The notes under the pieces: generated by a model | What the model was told of the DNA's origin: nothing | Database searches by the model: none | The model's input: only the letters and a program-made list of their open reading frames with translations | In this document: one piece after another, positions 38,491 to 51,517 of the stretch | Numbering within the stretch: the stretch's first letter is position 1 | How the letters are laid out: every line of letters begins with the position of its first letter | Translations under genes and position numbers: made by a program | NCBI GenBank assembly: GCA_964016885.1 | Contig: OZ024748.1 | Coordinates: 16,988,001 to 17,052,000 of the forward strand | DNA: 64,000 bases | Source of the DNA: Eledone cirrhosa | Lineage: Eukaryota | Direction: 5' to 3'

Positions 38491-39980
38491 TGTCACTAAC
38501 ATATATGAATACACACTCAGAAATGCTTTTTGATATGGCACAAAAATAACCACCTAACCGATCGCTCTTTTTTCACGTCACTAACATATATATATATTTA
38601 TACACACTCACAAATGTTTACCAAATGTTTTTTCTGCAGTAGTGCTGTTTATACCCTCAATAGTGTAGTGGCATCAATGTTTCAACATTTACAAATAAAT
38701 CTACCAACAAGAGTAATATTAACATTATTCAATATCAATACAATAAGTAATTTTCCTGTCATACTATCAATAACAATATCCATGACAGCACAGCGTAAAA
38801 ATATTAATTATAACTACTACAAAGACTGACAATGAAATACCAATATCTCTACTAACAAACCAAATACTTCATATTACAGAATTACAATAACATATTTCAG
38901 GAATTTCAAAAGTTTCTGAAACAGGGGCTTTTTACAGGTTGGGCTGTTAGCCCCACACAAACCTATTTAGCCTTAGTCCATATTAGTCTGACCCCTGCCT
39001 ATTGAGCTGCCAGCACAGGTGGCCCTACCAGGAGCTTATGTATATCAAGGACAACAACATAAGCATCAGGAAAAATAGATGTTAAGTGATGATGATGATG
39101 AAATCCTCTCTCTCTCACTCTATCTCTATCTCTCTCTATATATATGCACACACTGTAAATGTGGTTGGTGTTAGGAAGGGTATCCAGGTGTAGAAAACCT
39201 GCCAGTCCTATATGAGCGAGACACGGTCACCCAACCAACCTTGCCTCAAGTGGGACAACTCCCGTCTAACCCATGCTAGCGTGGAAGATGGACGTTAAAT
39301 GAAGATGATGATGATATATGTATGTGTGTGTGTAACAGTTTTGTAGCTTGCTTGACATGTTGTTGAATAGGGAACACAAATTTAAATAATTTTGAAGACC
39401 AAACAATGCATTAGAAAGAAAATGAAATCGATAAGATAACAAAATAATCTTATCTTAGCTACTCCATATCCTGTGTACTGGGTGAAATAATTGCACCCAG
39501 TACACAGAAGCCATGCATTAAATCCAGAGTTGTCTGGAAGGAATGGATGTGGCCAGAATCAACACAGAATTTCGTCAACGGGGGCAATCCTTCTCGTTCT
39601 ATCGTAACGGTTTACTAGTGACGCAATAGCACTTCTAGCTTGCCACTGTCGTCACATGGTTTCAAAAGGTGGAGGAATACGTAGGCCCAAGATATAGAAC
39701 CAATCACATAATTAGGTGGTTAAATTTCAAACAGTTTGAAATTAGCGCCAGAAAAGCTTTCCACGGTCGGAAATGCATGATACATTGAATAAATATTAAA
39801 AATACATTAAATATACATGAATATATAGACATATTTACACACCATTGTTTCCTTCTCACTGATTACTCATATATGTATGTGTATATATACATATATATAT
39901 ATGCATGTGTATATATATATATGTGTATGTATGTATGTATGTATATATGTATGTATGTATATATAAATATTATATATATA

Positions 39981-40494
39981 CAGGGTGGGCCAGAATTCAT
40001 GACTCACTTGATTATAGATTTATTAACACAAAAAATAAATAAAAAACCTGTGAGGCATATTAAGAAATGAAATAATAAATTAAAACAATACAATAACAAT
40101 AAAATAAGCATGTTAAGAAATGTAACTAACAAACGAGTAGAGGCTTAGTGGTTAGAGCATTGGCCTTGCAATCAAAAGGTTGTGAGTTCAATTCTCAGAC
40201 CGGGTGATGTGTTGTTTCCTTGAGCAAGACACTTTATTTCACATTGCTCCAGTTTACTCAGCTGTAGAAATGAGATGATAGGGACTGGGGTCCATATCAT
40301 TCCACTGCAAAGTGGTCGTGGAGGTGCCACGGCAAAAGAACACCCAGCACTCACTGTAAATGAGGTTGGTGTTAGGAAGGGCATCCCGCTGTAGAAATCA
40401 AGCCAGAATCAGTTCCCGTCCCACCCTTGCAAGCAGGGAAAAGCGGATGTAAAATGATGATGATGAAACGAGTCATGAATTCTGGCCCACCCTG
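39981..40494. mobile_element. Tc1/mariner-type MITE (TA TSD, 25-bp TIR)
   Basis: TA-cagggtgggccagaattcatgactc ... gagtcatgaattctggcccaccctg-TA. Confidence 0.88.
40139..40465 (+). mobile_element. Composite SINE inserted in the MITE, 8-bp TSD
   Basis: aaacgagt at 40131-40138 and 40466-40473. Confidence 0.92.
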
Positions 40495-40708
40495 TATATG
40501 TGTGTGTTGTGTGTAATCTTTTGTGTGTGTGTTGTGTGTAAGCCTTTATGTGTATGTGTTGTGTGTAAGCCTTTATATGTGTGTGTGAGGAGTATTTGAC
40601 ACATGGCTATTTAACCAGGTATTAAATAAATTATTTATATTGTCAGTCAAAGTAAATGTACTTGTTACAAACAATAACAATGTTACTTCTTGATTCAGCA
40701 TAAATATA

Positions 40709-41108
40709 TGGAGCTGCTTGGCCAAGTGGTAAAAGTGTTGGACTTACAATCATAATGTCATGGGTTCAATTCCTGGACGGGGTTGTGCGTTGTGTTCTTG
40801 AGTAAACATTTCACTTCCCATTGCTTTAGTATACTTAGATGAAAAGGAGTTCTAGCAATAGCTGGGTGTTTAAACTTGAGATGGACTAGCATCCTGTCCA
40901 TGGGAAAGTTTTGTACTCTCAGTCACTTTATGGCATCAAAACTGGGACAAGCATTGGCCAGATGAGCCTTGGAGCTTGAGACAGATTTTAACCCTGTGAT
41001 CAACTGGTGTCTTGTCCAGGGGGAAGTCTTGTACTGTCAGTCACCTAATGCCATGGAAACTGGGATTGCACTGGCCTGATGAGTATCCAGGCTCTAGACA
41101 GACTTTTT
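40709..41108 (+). mobile_element. Older tRNA-derived CORE-like SINE with a duplicated 3' module
   Basis: A box tggccaagtgg, B box gggttcaattcc, gttgtgttcttgag. The tgtcca.ggg...cagtcac...aaactggga module occurs twice. Confidence 0.75.
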
Positions 41109-41628
41109 AAACAAATATATACAGAGATACATCCATTTAAGTAAAGTACATTGCTTATTAATTTACACAAGCAATAAAATGTCTATCATTTTACACCTAT
41201 TAATAAATATAGATATACCAATATGTATCCAGAATACCAATATCTATCCAGAACATTTTGTTTTCATGTTTATATAATCATAAATACATAAACAAAGGTG
41301 ATCAGAAGAAAATGAATATAGAAATGAAAATAAGGAGAGGAGATTATAGGTATTACAGAGAAAACTCAAATCAGAATGGAAGAAAAAGGGGGCCATTATA
41401 GGGAGGAAAGGTTCTTTCATAAGGGGAGTTAACTTGTTAAATATATGCTACTGGATTTACTTTGCTATGTTTTCTTGTTTTCTACCCTCCCCCTCTATAT
41501 AGATAGATAGATAGATAGATACACACTCACACTGTCCGACTCTTGCTAGCAGAGAAAGTGGACATTAAATAATGACGAGGATGATACTTATATCTATATG
41601 AGCATGGGCATGTGTGTGTGTGTGTATA

Positions 41629-41667
<39 letters not shown>

Positions 41668-41670
41668 GTC

Positions 41671-41706
<36 letters not shown>

Positions 41707-41806
41707 ATGTGTGTGTGTGTATATATATACCACATTTTCAGATAAATCTTGCAAAACATACAGAAATGAAGTATACATATCTATATATATATACCTGTCT
41801 TGATAT

Positions 41807-41846
<40 letters not shown>

Positions 41847-41856
41847 GTCTTGATAT

Positions 41857-41895
<39 letters not shown>

Positions 41896-41935
41896 CGTGT
41901 GTGTGTATATATATACATACATACACACACACACG

Positions 41936-41970
<35 letters not shown>

Positions 41971-42024
41971 TACATACATACACACATATATATGCTTATA
42001 TATATACATACACACATATATATG

Positions 42025-42068
<44 letters not shown>

Positions 42069-42086
42069 GATATATAAACATATATC

Positions 42087-42124
<38 letters not shown>

Positions 42125-42559
42125 TATGCATATTTCCATTAATTTTTTTTCTCTCCCTTTGCAGTGATTACCCAATATGTCTGTTTTTATTTCTCTAGTC
42201 ATCACCACTATGGTACGAAGACAATATTTCTGGAGTATACATATCAGAATAACTCATTCAAGTTCACTTTATGATCATCATTAATCAATATCTAATCATT
42301 ATAAATCTGTTTCATACTGAGGGTTCAATAAAACTGTGCAGCAGCAGTAGCAGTAGCATCAGCAACAGCAGCAGTTGTTATTGTTGTAGTAGTTGTAGCT
42401 TCACTGTCAGGTCAGTTCCCCATCTGACTCACCTATGATCAAAGGATTTTTCACCTATGTCCATGCTCTGCCCCTTCCTTGTCTCTGATTCTCTCTATTC
42501 ACGTCAGACATTATGTATCGACAACTACATTATTCAACCATTGTCTCCTCTTCCTTAGC

Positions 42560-44560
42560 TGTTGTTGTTGTTGTTGTTGCTCTTGTTGCCGTTGTTGTTG
42601 TTTTTGTTGGTGTTGGTGACGTTGTTGCTGTTGGTGGTGGTGATGGTGGTGGTGATGTTGTTGGTGGTGGTTGTGATGGAATTGATGGTGGTGGTGGTGG
42701 TGGTGGAATTGGTGATGCTGGTGGGGATGTTGTTGGTGGAGGTGGTGATGGAATTTGTGATGATGGTGGTGGTGGTGGTGGAATTGGTGATGTTGGTGGT
42801 GGAATTGGTGATGCTGGTGGGGGTGTTGTTGGTGGAGGTGGTGATGGAATTTGTGATGGTGGTGGTGGTGGTGGTGGAATTGGTGGTGGAATTGGTGTTG
42901 CTGGTGGGGGTGTTGTTGGTGGAGGTGGTGGTGGAATTTGTGATGATGGTGGTGGAATTTGTGATGATGGTGGTGGTGGAATTGGTGATGTTGGTGGGGG
43001 TGTTGTTGGTGGAGGTGGTGATGGAATTGGTGATGCTGTTGGTGGTGGTGGAATTGGTGGTGGTGGTGGAATTGGTGATGTTGGTGGGGGTGTTGTTGGT
43101 GGAGGTGGTGATGGAATTGGTGATGCTGTTGGTGGTGGTGGAATTGGTGGTGGAATTGGTGATGCTGTTGGTGGTGGTGGTGGTGGAATTGGTGGTGGTG
43201 GTGGAATTTGTGATGTTGGTGGTGGAATTTGTGGTGGTGGTGGAATTTGTGATGGTGGTGGTGGTGGTGGAATTTATGATGTTGGTGGTGGAATTGGTGA
43301 TGGTGGTGGTGGAATTTGTGATGTTGGTGGTGGTGGTGGAATTTGTGATGGTGGTGGTGGTGGAATTTGTGGTGGTGGTGGAATTTGTGATGCTGGGGGT
43401 GGTGGTGGAATTTGTGATGATGGGGGTGGTGGTGGAATTGATGATGTTGGTGGTGGAATTGGTGATGCTGGTGGGGGTGTTGTTGGTGGTGGTGGAATTG
43501 GTGATGGTGGTAGTGGTGGTGGAATTGGTGGTGGTGGTGGTGGAATTGGTGGTAGTGGTGGTGGAATTGGTGATGTTGGTGGAATTGGTGATGGTGGTAG
43601 TGGTGGTGGAATTGGTGGAGGTGGTGGTGGAATTTGTGGTGGTGGTGGAATTGGTGGTGGAATTGGTGTTGCTGGTGGGGGTGTTGTTGGTGGAGGTGGT
43701 GGTGGAATTTGTGATGGTGGTGGAATTGGTGGAGGTGGTGGTGGAATTTGTGATGATGGTGGTGGTGGTGGAATTGGTGGTGGAATTGGTGTTGCTGGTG
43801 GGGGTGTTGTTGGTGGAGGTGGTGGTGGAATTGGTGATGCTGTTGGTGGTGGTGGAATTGGTGATGTTGGTGGTGGTGGTGGAATTTGTGATGCTGTTGA
43901 TGGTGGTGGAATTGATGTTGGTGGTGGAATTGGTGATGTTGGTGGTGGTGGTGGAATTGGTGATGCTGGGGGTGGTGGTGGAAGTGAAGTTGGTGGAATT
44001 GGTGTTGCTGGGGGTGGTGGTGGAATTGATGTTGGTGGTGGAATTGGTGATGCTGGTGGTGGAATTGATGTTGGTGGTGGAATTGGTGATGCTGGGGGTG
44101 GTGGTGGAAGTGAAGTTGGTGGTGGTGGAATTTGTGTTGCTGGTGGTGGTGGTGGAATTTGTGTTGCTGGTGGTGGTGGTGGAATTGGTGATGCTGGGGG
44201 TGGTGGAATTTGTGTTGCTGGTGGTGGTGGTGGAATTGGTGATGCTGGTGGTGGAATTGATGTTGGTGGTGGAATTGGTGATGCTGGGGGTGGTGGAATT
44301 GGTGATGCTGGTGGGGGTGTTGTCATCGTTGGTGGTGATGGAATTTGTGATAATGGTGTTTTTGTTGGTGGGGGTGGTGGTGACGGGATTGTGGTGTTGT
44401 GGTGTTGGTGAAAATGGTGATATTTGATGTTGGTTATGTTGGTGCGGAACATGTGCTTATGGTGGTGGTGGTGTTGTGGTTGTTATTGTTTTCAGTGGTG
44501 GTGGAATTGGTGACATGGTTGTTGTTGTTGGTGTTGGTGACGTTGTTGTGGTGGTGCTGG
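42560..44560. repeat. (GGT)n-based minisatellite with ggaatt/gat variants
   Basis: Trinucleotide-periodic low complexity; three reading frames stay open. Confidence 0.9.
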
Positions 44561-44634
44561 TGATGTGATTATTAGTGGCAGCACTGTTGTTTGTGTCTGT
44601 GTTGTTGTTTGTGTTATTATTATCATTATTGTTA

Positions 44635-44826
44635 GGGCGGTGGATTGGCAGTATCGGTAGAGGGTCGGACGCCATGCTTTGAAGCATAGAGTTACGTCCC
44701 TTTACGATCTGAGTTCAAATCCCGCCGAGGTTGACTTTGCCTTTCATCCTTACGGGGTCGATAAAATAAAGTACCAGTAATGCACTGGGTAATTGCTGAC
44801 CTTGTGCCTAAAGTAGAAACAATTAT
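44635..44826 (+). mobile_element. Full-length family 1 SINE
   Basis: gggcggtggattggcagtatcgg ... gtagaaacaatta. Confidence 0.93.
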
Positions 44827-45949
44827 TATCATTATTGTTGTTGTTGATGATAAACCTCAGTCAATTCTGAATGAACAAAGCTATAATAGAGTTCCAGCCA
44901 AGACCATCCAGTCATTTCTTTTAAAACAATATACCTCAAAGGTTACATTATCGAACACATCCTTCTTTGTTGTTAAGTCTCAAGCTGACTTTAATCTGTG
45001 CTTTTGATGATGGAAACCATTCTACCTTTATTCCATCCAACATACCACAACAATACTTCACACTAGTTAGACCATTACTCAACAGAATACTCAATACTTG
45101 GTGTAGTAGGGTATGGCTATATTATAGAGGTTCAGGAGCCTATAGCTGAGCTCTTTATAATATATATATGTGTGTGTGTGTTTATATATATGTGTGTGTA
45201 TATATATATGTGTGTGTGTATATATGTCTGTGTGTATATATGTGTGTGTGTGTGTGTATATACTGATCTCTTTATATATATATATATAGACAAAAAAAAA
45301 AACCACAGTCCACGCTGAAATGTGGCCATGTAGGTAACATGGTAAAAACCTCCCAGTTCCACACTGTAAATGTGGTTGGTGTTAGGAAGGGCATCCAGCC
45401 GTAGAAAACCCGCCAGACAATAGAAAAAAAGGATGATTTGTTATGTCTTCATTACATCTATTGAGTAGTGACACATCTTTTGCTATTGATCAGCTCAAGG
45501 TTCGATCTGTATCGGACTTCTGTTGTGGTAATATATATATATATATAAGGATTGTAACAATACAGATCGACCCTTGAGCTGATCAATTGTGAAACACGTG
45601 TCACAAATCAAACGTAATGAGGACTTAACATAATCCTTTTTATTATTAGTAGTATATATATACATATATATATACACAGGCACACACACACAGATTTTTA
45701 AAAGCAGTTGAGTAAGATTGGGTTGATTTTTATGTTTTCCTTTTTGAAAATAAACAAGAATTTGGTATAATTTAGTATTACAACAAACTTCCTTATAATT
45801 AAGTTGGTGTTTGGAGCATAGGTACTTACATAGAATGATGGCTTTTTAAAGATAAATATGAACTGTTTAAAACAGTTTGTATCATAAAATCAAGGCCAGT
45901 TTCAAGAGGTTTGCTATCAAAAGTAATAATGAAAATATTAATTCTATAA

Positions 45950-46426
45950 TTAACCCTTTAGTTACCAACCTGGCCAAAATCAAGTCTGGTTCAATGAAAT
46001 AAAGCCATCCATTTTATAGGTTTCCAATTTAACCATTTGGCATTTAAACCGGTCATATCCGGCCAGAATTAACTCACCTCTTTCTGTTTAAACCAGCTGT
46101 AACCGGCCACTCATACTAATATTAAGGTATTGTTATATTAAGGTATTGTTCTTAACATAAATAATATCAAAATCTCATAGATTCGATATCATGAGATAAT
46201 TATGTGAAGTAAAGCCTTTACTATGAAAATATAATAGTATATATATAGTAATGTAAATACTAAAGGGTTAAATTAATATCTTCCCATATAATTTTATATA
46301 AGTAACTTATATCAAGTTACTATCTTTATAATGAAATTAATAACTTTAGTAAATCCCTCAAAATTCTTCATTAATTAATTAAAATCGAGTGTATTTTGTT
46401 AGAAATGCTGTCATGAAACGGTTGAA
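45950..46426 (+). mobile_element. piggyBac-type MITE B with MITE A nested at a TTAA (46029-46271)
   Basis: Host matches the 18549 family on both sides; TTAA duplicated at 46029-46032 and 46268-46271. Confidence 0.85.
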
Positions 46427-46683
46427 GGAGTTAGTTACTAAAGAATTACTAAATTCCTCCAAATGCTTTGAAAAGCTTGGGTAATATATTCCATTAGAAA
46501 TATGGGTTAAATAGCCTCACCGACCCACAATTGGCCAGCCAAGCGTGGTGAGTACAGCTACAATCACTGTCATAACCAAAACCTAATAGAAAGTGATGGA
46601 GGTTAACCAGAGAGCAGTTCCTCCAGGAGGAGGATTGGATTGGGTTAGGTGTCAAGGAAATGGTTAAAAGCAGAAAGTGATAT

Positions 46684-46907
46684 TTAACCCTTTAGCATTC
46701 AAACCGGCTGATTCCGGCCAGAACTCTCTCACCTCTTTCTGTTCAAACTGGCTGTAACCGGCTGCTCACACCTACATTAAGGTATTGTTCTCAAAATAAA
46801 TAACATCAAAATCTCGTAGATTTAATTTTATCTGAGATAATTATGTAAGATAAAGCCTTTACTGTGAAAATAGTATATATAAAATAATGTAAATGCTAAA
46901 GGGTTAA
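46684..46907 (+). mobile_element. Full-length piggyBac-type MITE A
   Basis: TTAA-ccctttagcatt ... aatgctaaaggg-TTAA. Confidence 0.92.
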
Positions 46908-48419
46908 AGTAGATTTAACTTCTATATCTAACAGGTCGTGTAACCATGAAGAGGCTGCCCATTGGCTGATTTGAAGATGTTTATACTATGTCTGTTGATT
47001 AGCAATTAATTTCATTATCTTATCAATTTAAAAAAACCTTGTTTGCAGAGATAACAATATAAGAAAATGTAATGATAGATGGAGGGAATAATAATAATGA
47101 TGATAATAATAATAATAATAATGATTAGAAGAATGATGATAATAATAATGATAATAATATGAATAATAGATACCAGTTGAATTTTTTGGTGTGGGGAGAC
47201 TTTTTTTAATATATATATTGTTGTTAGAGAGGGATCAGTTTTTTTTTTCTTAATTTTTATCCTCAGCTTGAAAATTTCTAATTAGTAAACGCAAAAGATT
47301 TTGTTTGTTGTTTTTTTCCCTTTTTCCAAATACAAAATCATTAAAACAAAAATAGATTATTTCAGGAATCTGAAATTGAAATTTAAACTAAAATTGAAAT
47401 TAAGAATAATAAAAAAAGGTAATGATAAAATTAAAATTAAAATTAATTTTTTTTTTTTTTTAAATTGTAATTTGAATTTTGATAAAGAATTTCCATTTTC
47501 TATTTAATTTTTTGTTTTAAATTTAATTCTTCACTTTGAGAAAGTTTTTTTTTTTCAGTTGTTTGTGGGTGTTTGAGATAATGGTGGTGGTGGTGACGGC
47601 AGGAGTGGTTGTGGTGATAATGATGATGATGATGGGGATGGCAGTGATGGTTGTGTAATAATAATGTTGTTGTTGGCGGTGGTGGTGGTGGTTAGAGGGG
47701 TGTATCATAACCTTAGTGTCAGTTCTTGAAAAAAAACCTTTTGGGTTATTTTTGTGTGAAATTTCTAACCAGGTAAAAATATATAACAATTTAATTGAAA
47801 TGGTGTTTAATCAAACATTCTCAAACTATGCCCATTACATTTTTGTCCTTCCATTTATTTTTACCATTTTAATACCAGATCAGTCTGAACCAGTTCTGGC
47901 ACTATAAAAAAAACAAAAAAAAAAACACTGGTTTTAAAAGGTTCTTATTTAAATTAAAATCTTCTTATATAATTTTATACAAGAGCTGTATGTATGTATG
48001 TATGTGTGTGTGTGTATGTATGCATGCATGCATGCATGCATGCATGCATGTATGTATGTATGTATGTATGTATGTATGTATGCATGTATGTATGCATGCA
48101 TGTATGCCTTTGTGAGTATATAGAAGTGCATGCACTTGCATTTGTAATGGTATATTTGTGTATGTATGTGTATCTGTAGGGGTGTGTGTTTATATATATA
48201 TAGTAGTGAAAGAGTGAAGAATAACATGGTCGGCTGTACAAAAAGGGTTTTATTTACAGTATTAACAATTGTTTCATTGATCAGGTGAGTCTAAAGGCCG
48301 CTAATCATTCGAAGTTGCGTCACTTGACCTTAAATACAGTGTGTCTCTGATCAAATCATCAGAATACTGTTATTACCCCATATATATATATATATATCTA
48401 GCTATCTAGAGCGGGTAAA

Positions 48420-48550
48420 ATTCCCGAGATCCATGGACAAGTTCTCCAGCAGTCTCTGTCCCTCATTATCACTGCCATGTCCTGCGTCTCCAAGAGACCA
48501 GTGTCTCTCCTTAGGGCATCAACATATGTTAACCTCAGTTTTCCTCTCTA
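48420..48550 (-). mobile_element. RTE-type LINE 3' fragment
   Basis: RGKLRLTYVDALRRDTGLLETQDMAVIMRDRDCWR. Confidence 0.7.
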
Positions 48551-48643
48551 TAATACATAAAAGGTAAACAAAAATAACAACACAATCGGTACAGTATATG
48601 GAAGGAATATATTAGGTTAATGCTTGAAATAGCAGGAAGAGGG

Positions 48644-48679
48644 TCTTAACGTTTCGGACGCTAGTCCTTCATCAAGAGA
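48644..48679 (-). ncRNA. Minimal hammerhead-like motif, family H1
   Basis: Minus strand tctc-TTGATGA-a-ggac-tagc-gtcc-GAAA-cgtt-aaga. Confidence 0.55.
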
Positions 48680-49130
48680 AAGAATGAGAAATAGGATAGA
48701 TTGAGGGGACGGGCGGGTTGGAATTGGAAAAAATGTCTTTAGATAAAAATAACAGGTCCATTCATGTTGACATCTTTTGGAAAAATATATATATAGCTAT
48801 GTGTGTGTGTATGTGTCAAAGGTAAACTGAAATAACAAAAATAACAAAGGAAATGACACAGTACAACTGCTTGAAATAGCAGATATATATCATTGTCATC
48901 ATTTAATGTCTATTTTCCATGCTAACATATATATATATGATGATGATGATGATATATATATATATATCATCATCGTTTATCATCCATCTCCCATGGGTTA
49001 GACAGTTTTGTTCCATCTGATGCGGGAATGGTCAGGAGACCATGCCCCGCTCACATATATGTATATATATATATATATACATATATATTTATACACATAC
49101 ATATTTATACACATACACACATAGTCACAT

Positions 49131-51517
49131 GGATACAGCCAGTTTGAACAGAAGGAGGTGAGAGAATTCTGGCTGGATACAGCCAGTTTGAACAGGAGGA
49201 GGTGAGAGAATTCTGGCCGGATACAGCCAGTTTGAACAGGAGGAGGTGAGAGAATTCTGGCCGGATACAGCCAGTTTGAACAGAAGGAGGTGAGAGAATT
49301 CTGGCCGGATACAGCCAGTTTGAACAGGAGGAGGTGAGAGAATTCTGGCCGGATACAGCCAGTTTGAACAGGAGGAGGTGAGAGAATTCTGGCCGGATAC
49401 AGCCAGTTTGAACAGAAGGAGGTGAGAGAATTCTGGCTGGATACAGCCAGTTTGAACAGGAGGAGGTGAGAGAATTCTGGCCGGATACAGCCAGTTTGAA
49501 CAGAAGGTGAGAGAATTCTGGCCGGATACAGCCAGTTTGAACAGGAGGAGGTGAGAGAATTCTGGCTGGATACAGCCAGTTTGAACAGAAGGAGGTGAGA
49601 GAATTCTGGTCGGATACAGCCAGTTTGAACAGAAGGAGGTGAGAGAATTCTGGCTGGATACAGCCAGTTTGAACAGAAGGAGGTGAGAGAATTCTGGCTG
49701 GATACAGCCAGTTTGAACAGAAGGAGGTGAGAGAATTCTAGTCGGATACAGCCAGTTTGAACAGAAGGAGGTGAGAGAATTCTGGCTGGATACAGCCAGT
49801 TTGAACAGCAGGAGGTGAGAGAATTCTGGCTGTATACAGCCAGTTTGAACAGAAGGTGAGAGAATTCTGGCCGGATACAGCCAGTTTGAACAGAAGGAGG
49901 TGAGAGAATTCTGGCTGGATATGGCCAGTTTGAACAAAAAGAGGTGAGAGAATTATAGCTGGATACAGCCAGTTTGAACAGAAGGTGAGAGAATTCTGGC
50001 CGGATACAGCCAGTTTGAACAGGAGGTGGTGAGAGAATTCTGGCTGGATATGGCCATTTTGAACAGAAGGAGGTGAGAGAATTCTGGCCGGATACAGCCA
50101 GTTTGAACAGAAGGAGGTGAGAAAATTCTGGCTGGATACTGCCAGTTTGAACAGAAGGAGGTGAGAAAATTCTGGCTGGATACAGCCAGTTTGAACAGAA
50201 GGTGAGAGAATTCTGGCTGGATACAGCCAGTTTGAACAGGAGGAGGTGAGAGAATTCTTGCTGGATACAGCCAGTTTGAACAGAGGGAGGTGAGAGAATT
50301 CTGGCCGGATACAGCCAGTTTGAACAGAAGGAGGTGAGAGAATTCTGGCCGGATACAGCCAGTTTGAACAGAAGGAGGTGAGAGAATTCTGGCTGGATAC
50401 AGCCAGTTTGAACAGAAGGAGATGAGAGAATTCTAGTCGGATACAGCCAGTTTGAACAGAAGGAGGTGAGAGAATTCTGGCCGGATACAGCCAGTTTGAA
50501 CAGAAGGTGAGAGAATTCTGGCTGGATACAGCCAGTTTGAACAGAAGGAGGTGAGAAAATTCTGGCTGGATACAGCCAGTTTGAACAGAAGGAGGTGAGA
50601 AAATTCTGGCTGGATACAGCCAGTTTGAACAGAAGGTGAGAGAATTCTGGCTGGATACAGCCAGTTTGAACAGGAGGAGGTGAGAGAATTCTTGCTGGAT
50701 ACAGCCAGTTTGAACAGAGGGAGGTGAGAGAATTCTGGCTGGATATGGCCATTTTGAACAGAAGGAGGTGAGAGAATTCTGGCCGGATACAGCCAGTTTG
50801 AACAGAAGGAGGTGAGAGAATTCTGGCCGGATACAGCCAGTTTGAACAGAAGGAGGTGAGAAAATTCTTGCCGGATACTGCCAGTTTGAACAGAAGGAGG
50901 TGAGAAAATTCTGGCTGGATACAGCCAGTTTGAACAGGAGGAGGTGAGAGAATTCTTGCTGGATACAGCCAGTTTGAACAGAAGGAGGTGAGAGAATTCT
51001 GGCTGGATACAGCCAGTTTGAACAGAAGGAGGTGAGAGAATTCTGGCTGGATACAGCCAGTTTGAACAGGAGGAGGTGAGAGAATTCTTGCTGGATACAG
51101 CCAGTTTGAACAGAGGGAGGTGAGAGAATTCTGGCCGGATACAGCCAGTTTGAACAGAAGGAGGTGAGAGAATTCTGGCCGGATACAGCCAGTTTGAACA
51201 GAGGGAGGTGAGAGAATTCTGGCCGGATACAGCCAGTTTGAACAGAAGGTGAGAGAATTCTGGCTGGATACAGCCAGTTTGAACAGAAGGAGGTGAGAGA
51301 ATTCTGGCCGGATACAGCCAGTTTGAACAGAGGGAGGTGAGAGAATTCTGGCTGGATACAGCCAGTTTGAACAGGAGGTGGTGAGAGAATTCTGGCTGGA
51401 TACAGCCAGTTTGAACAGGAGGTGGTGAGAGAATTCTGGCTGGATATGGCCAGTTTGAACAGAAGCAGGTGAGAGAATTCTGGCTGGATATGGTCTGTTT
51501 AAATGCTAAAGGGTTAA
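49131..51517 (-). repeat. 44-bp minisatellite (~54 copies, some 41-bp variants) ending in a MITE A terminus
   Basis: Unit ggatacagccagtttgaacagaaggaggtgagagaattctggcc; array ends tttaaatgctaaagggTTAA. Confidence 0.96.

Noticed and set aside
44635-44730. tRNA gene
   Set aside because: A and B boxes are present, but the sequence runs into a SINE body repeated many times and no cloverleaf forms.
45578-45605. ctgatcaattgtgaaacacgtgtc as a hammerhead
   Set aside because: The core reads CUGAUCA rather than CUGANGA in both arms, and no stem II can form.
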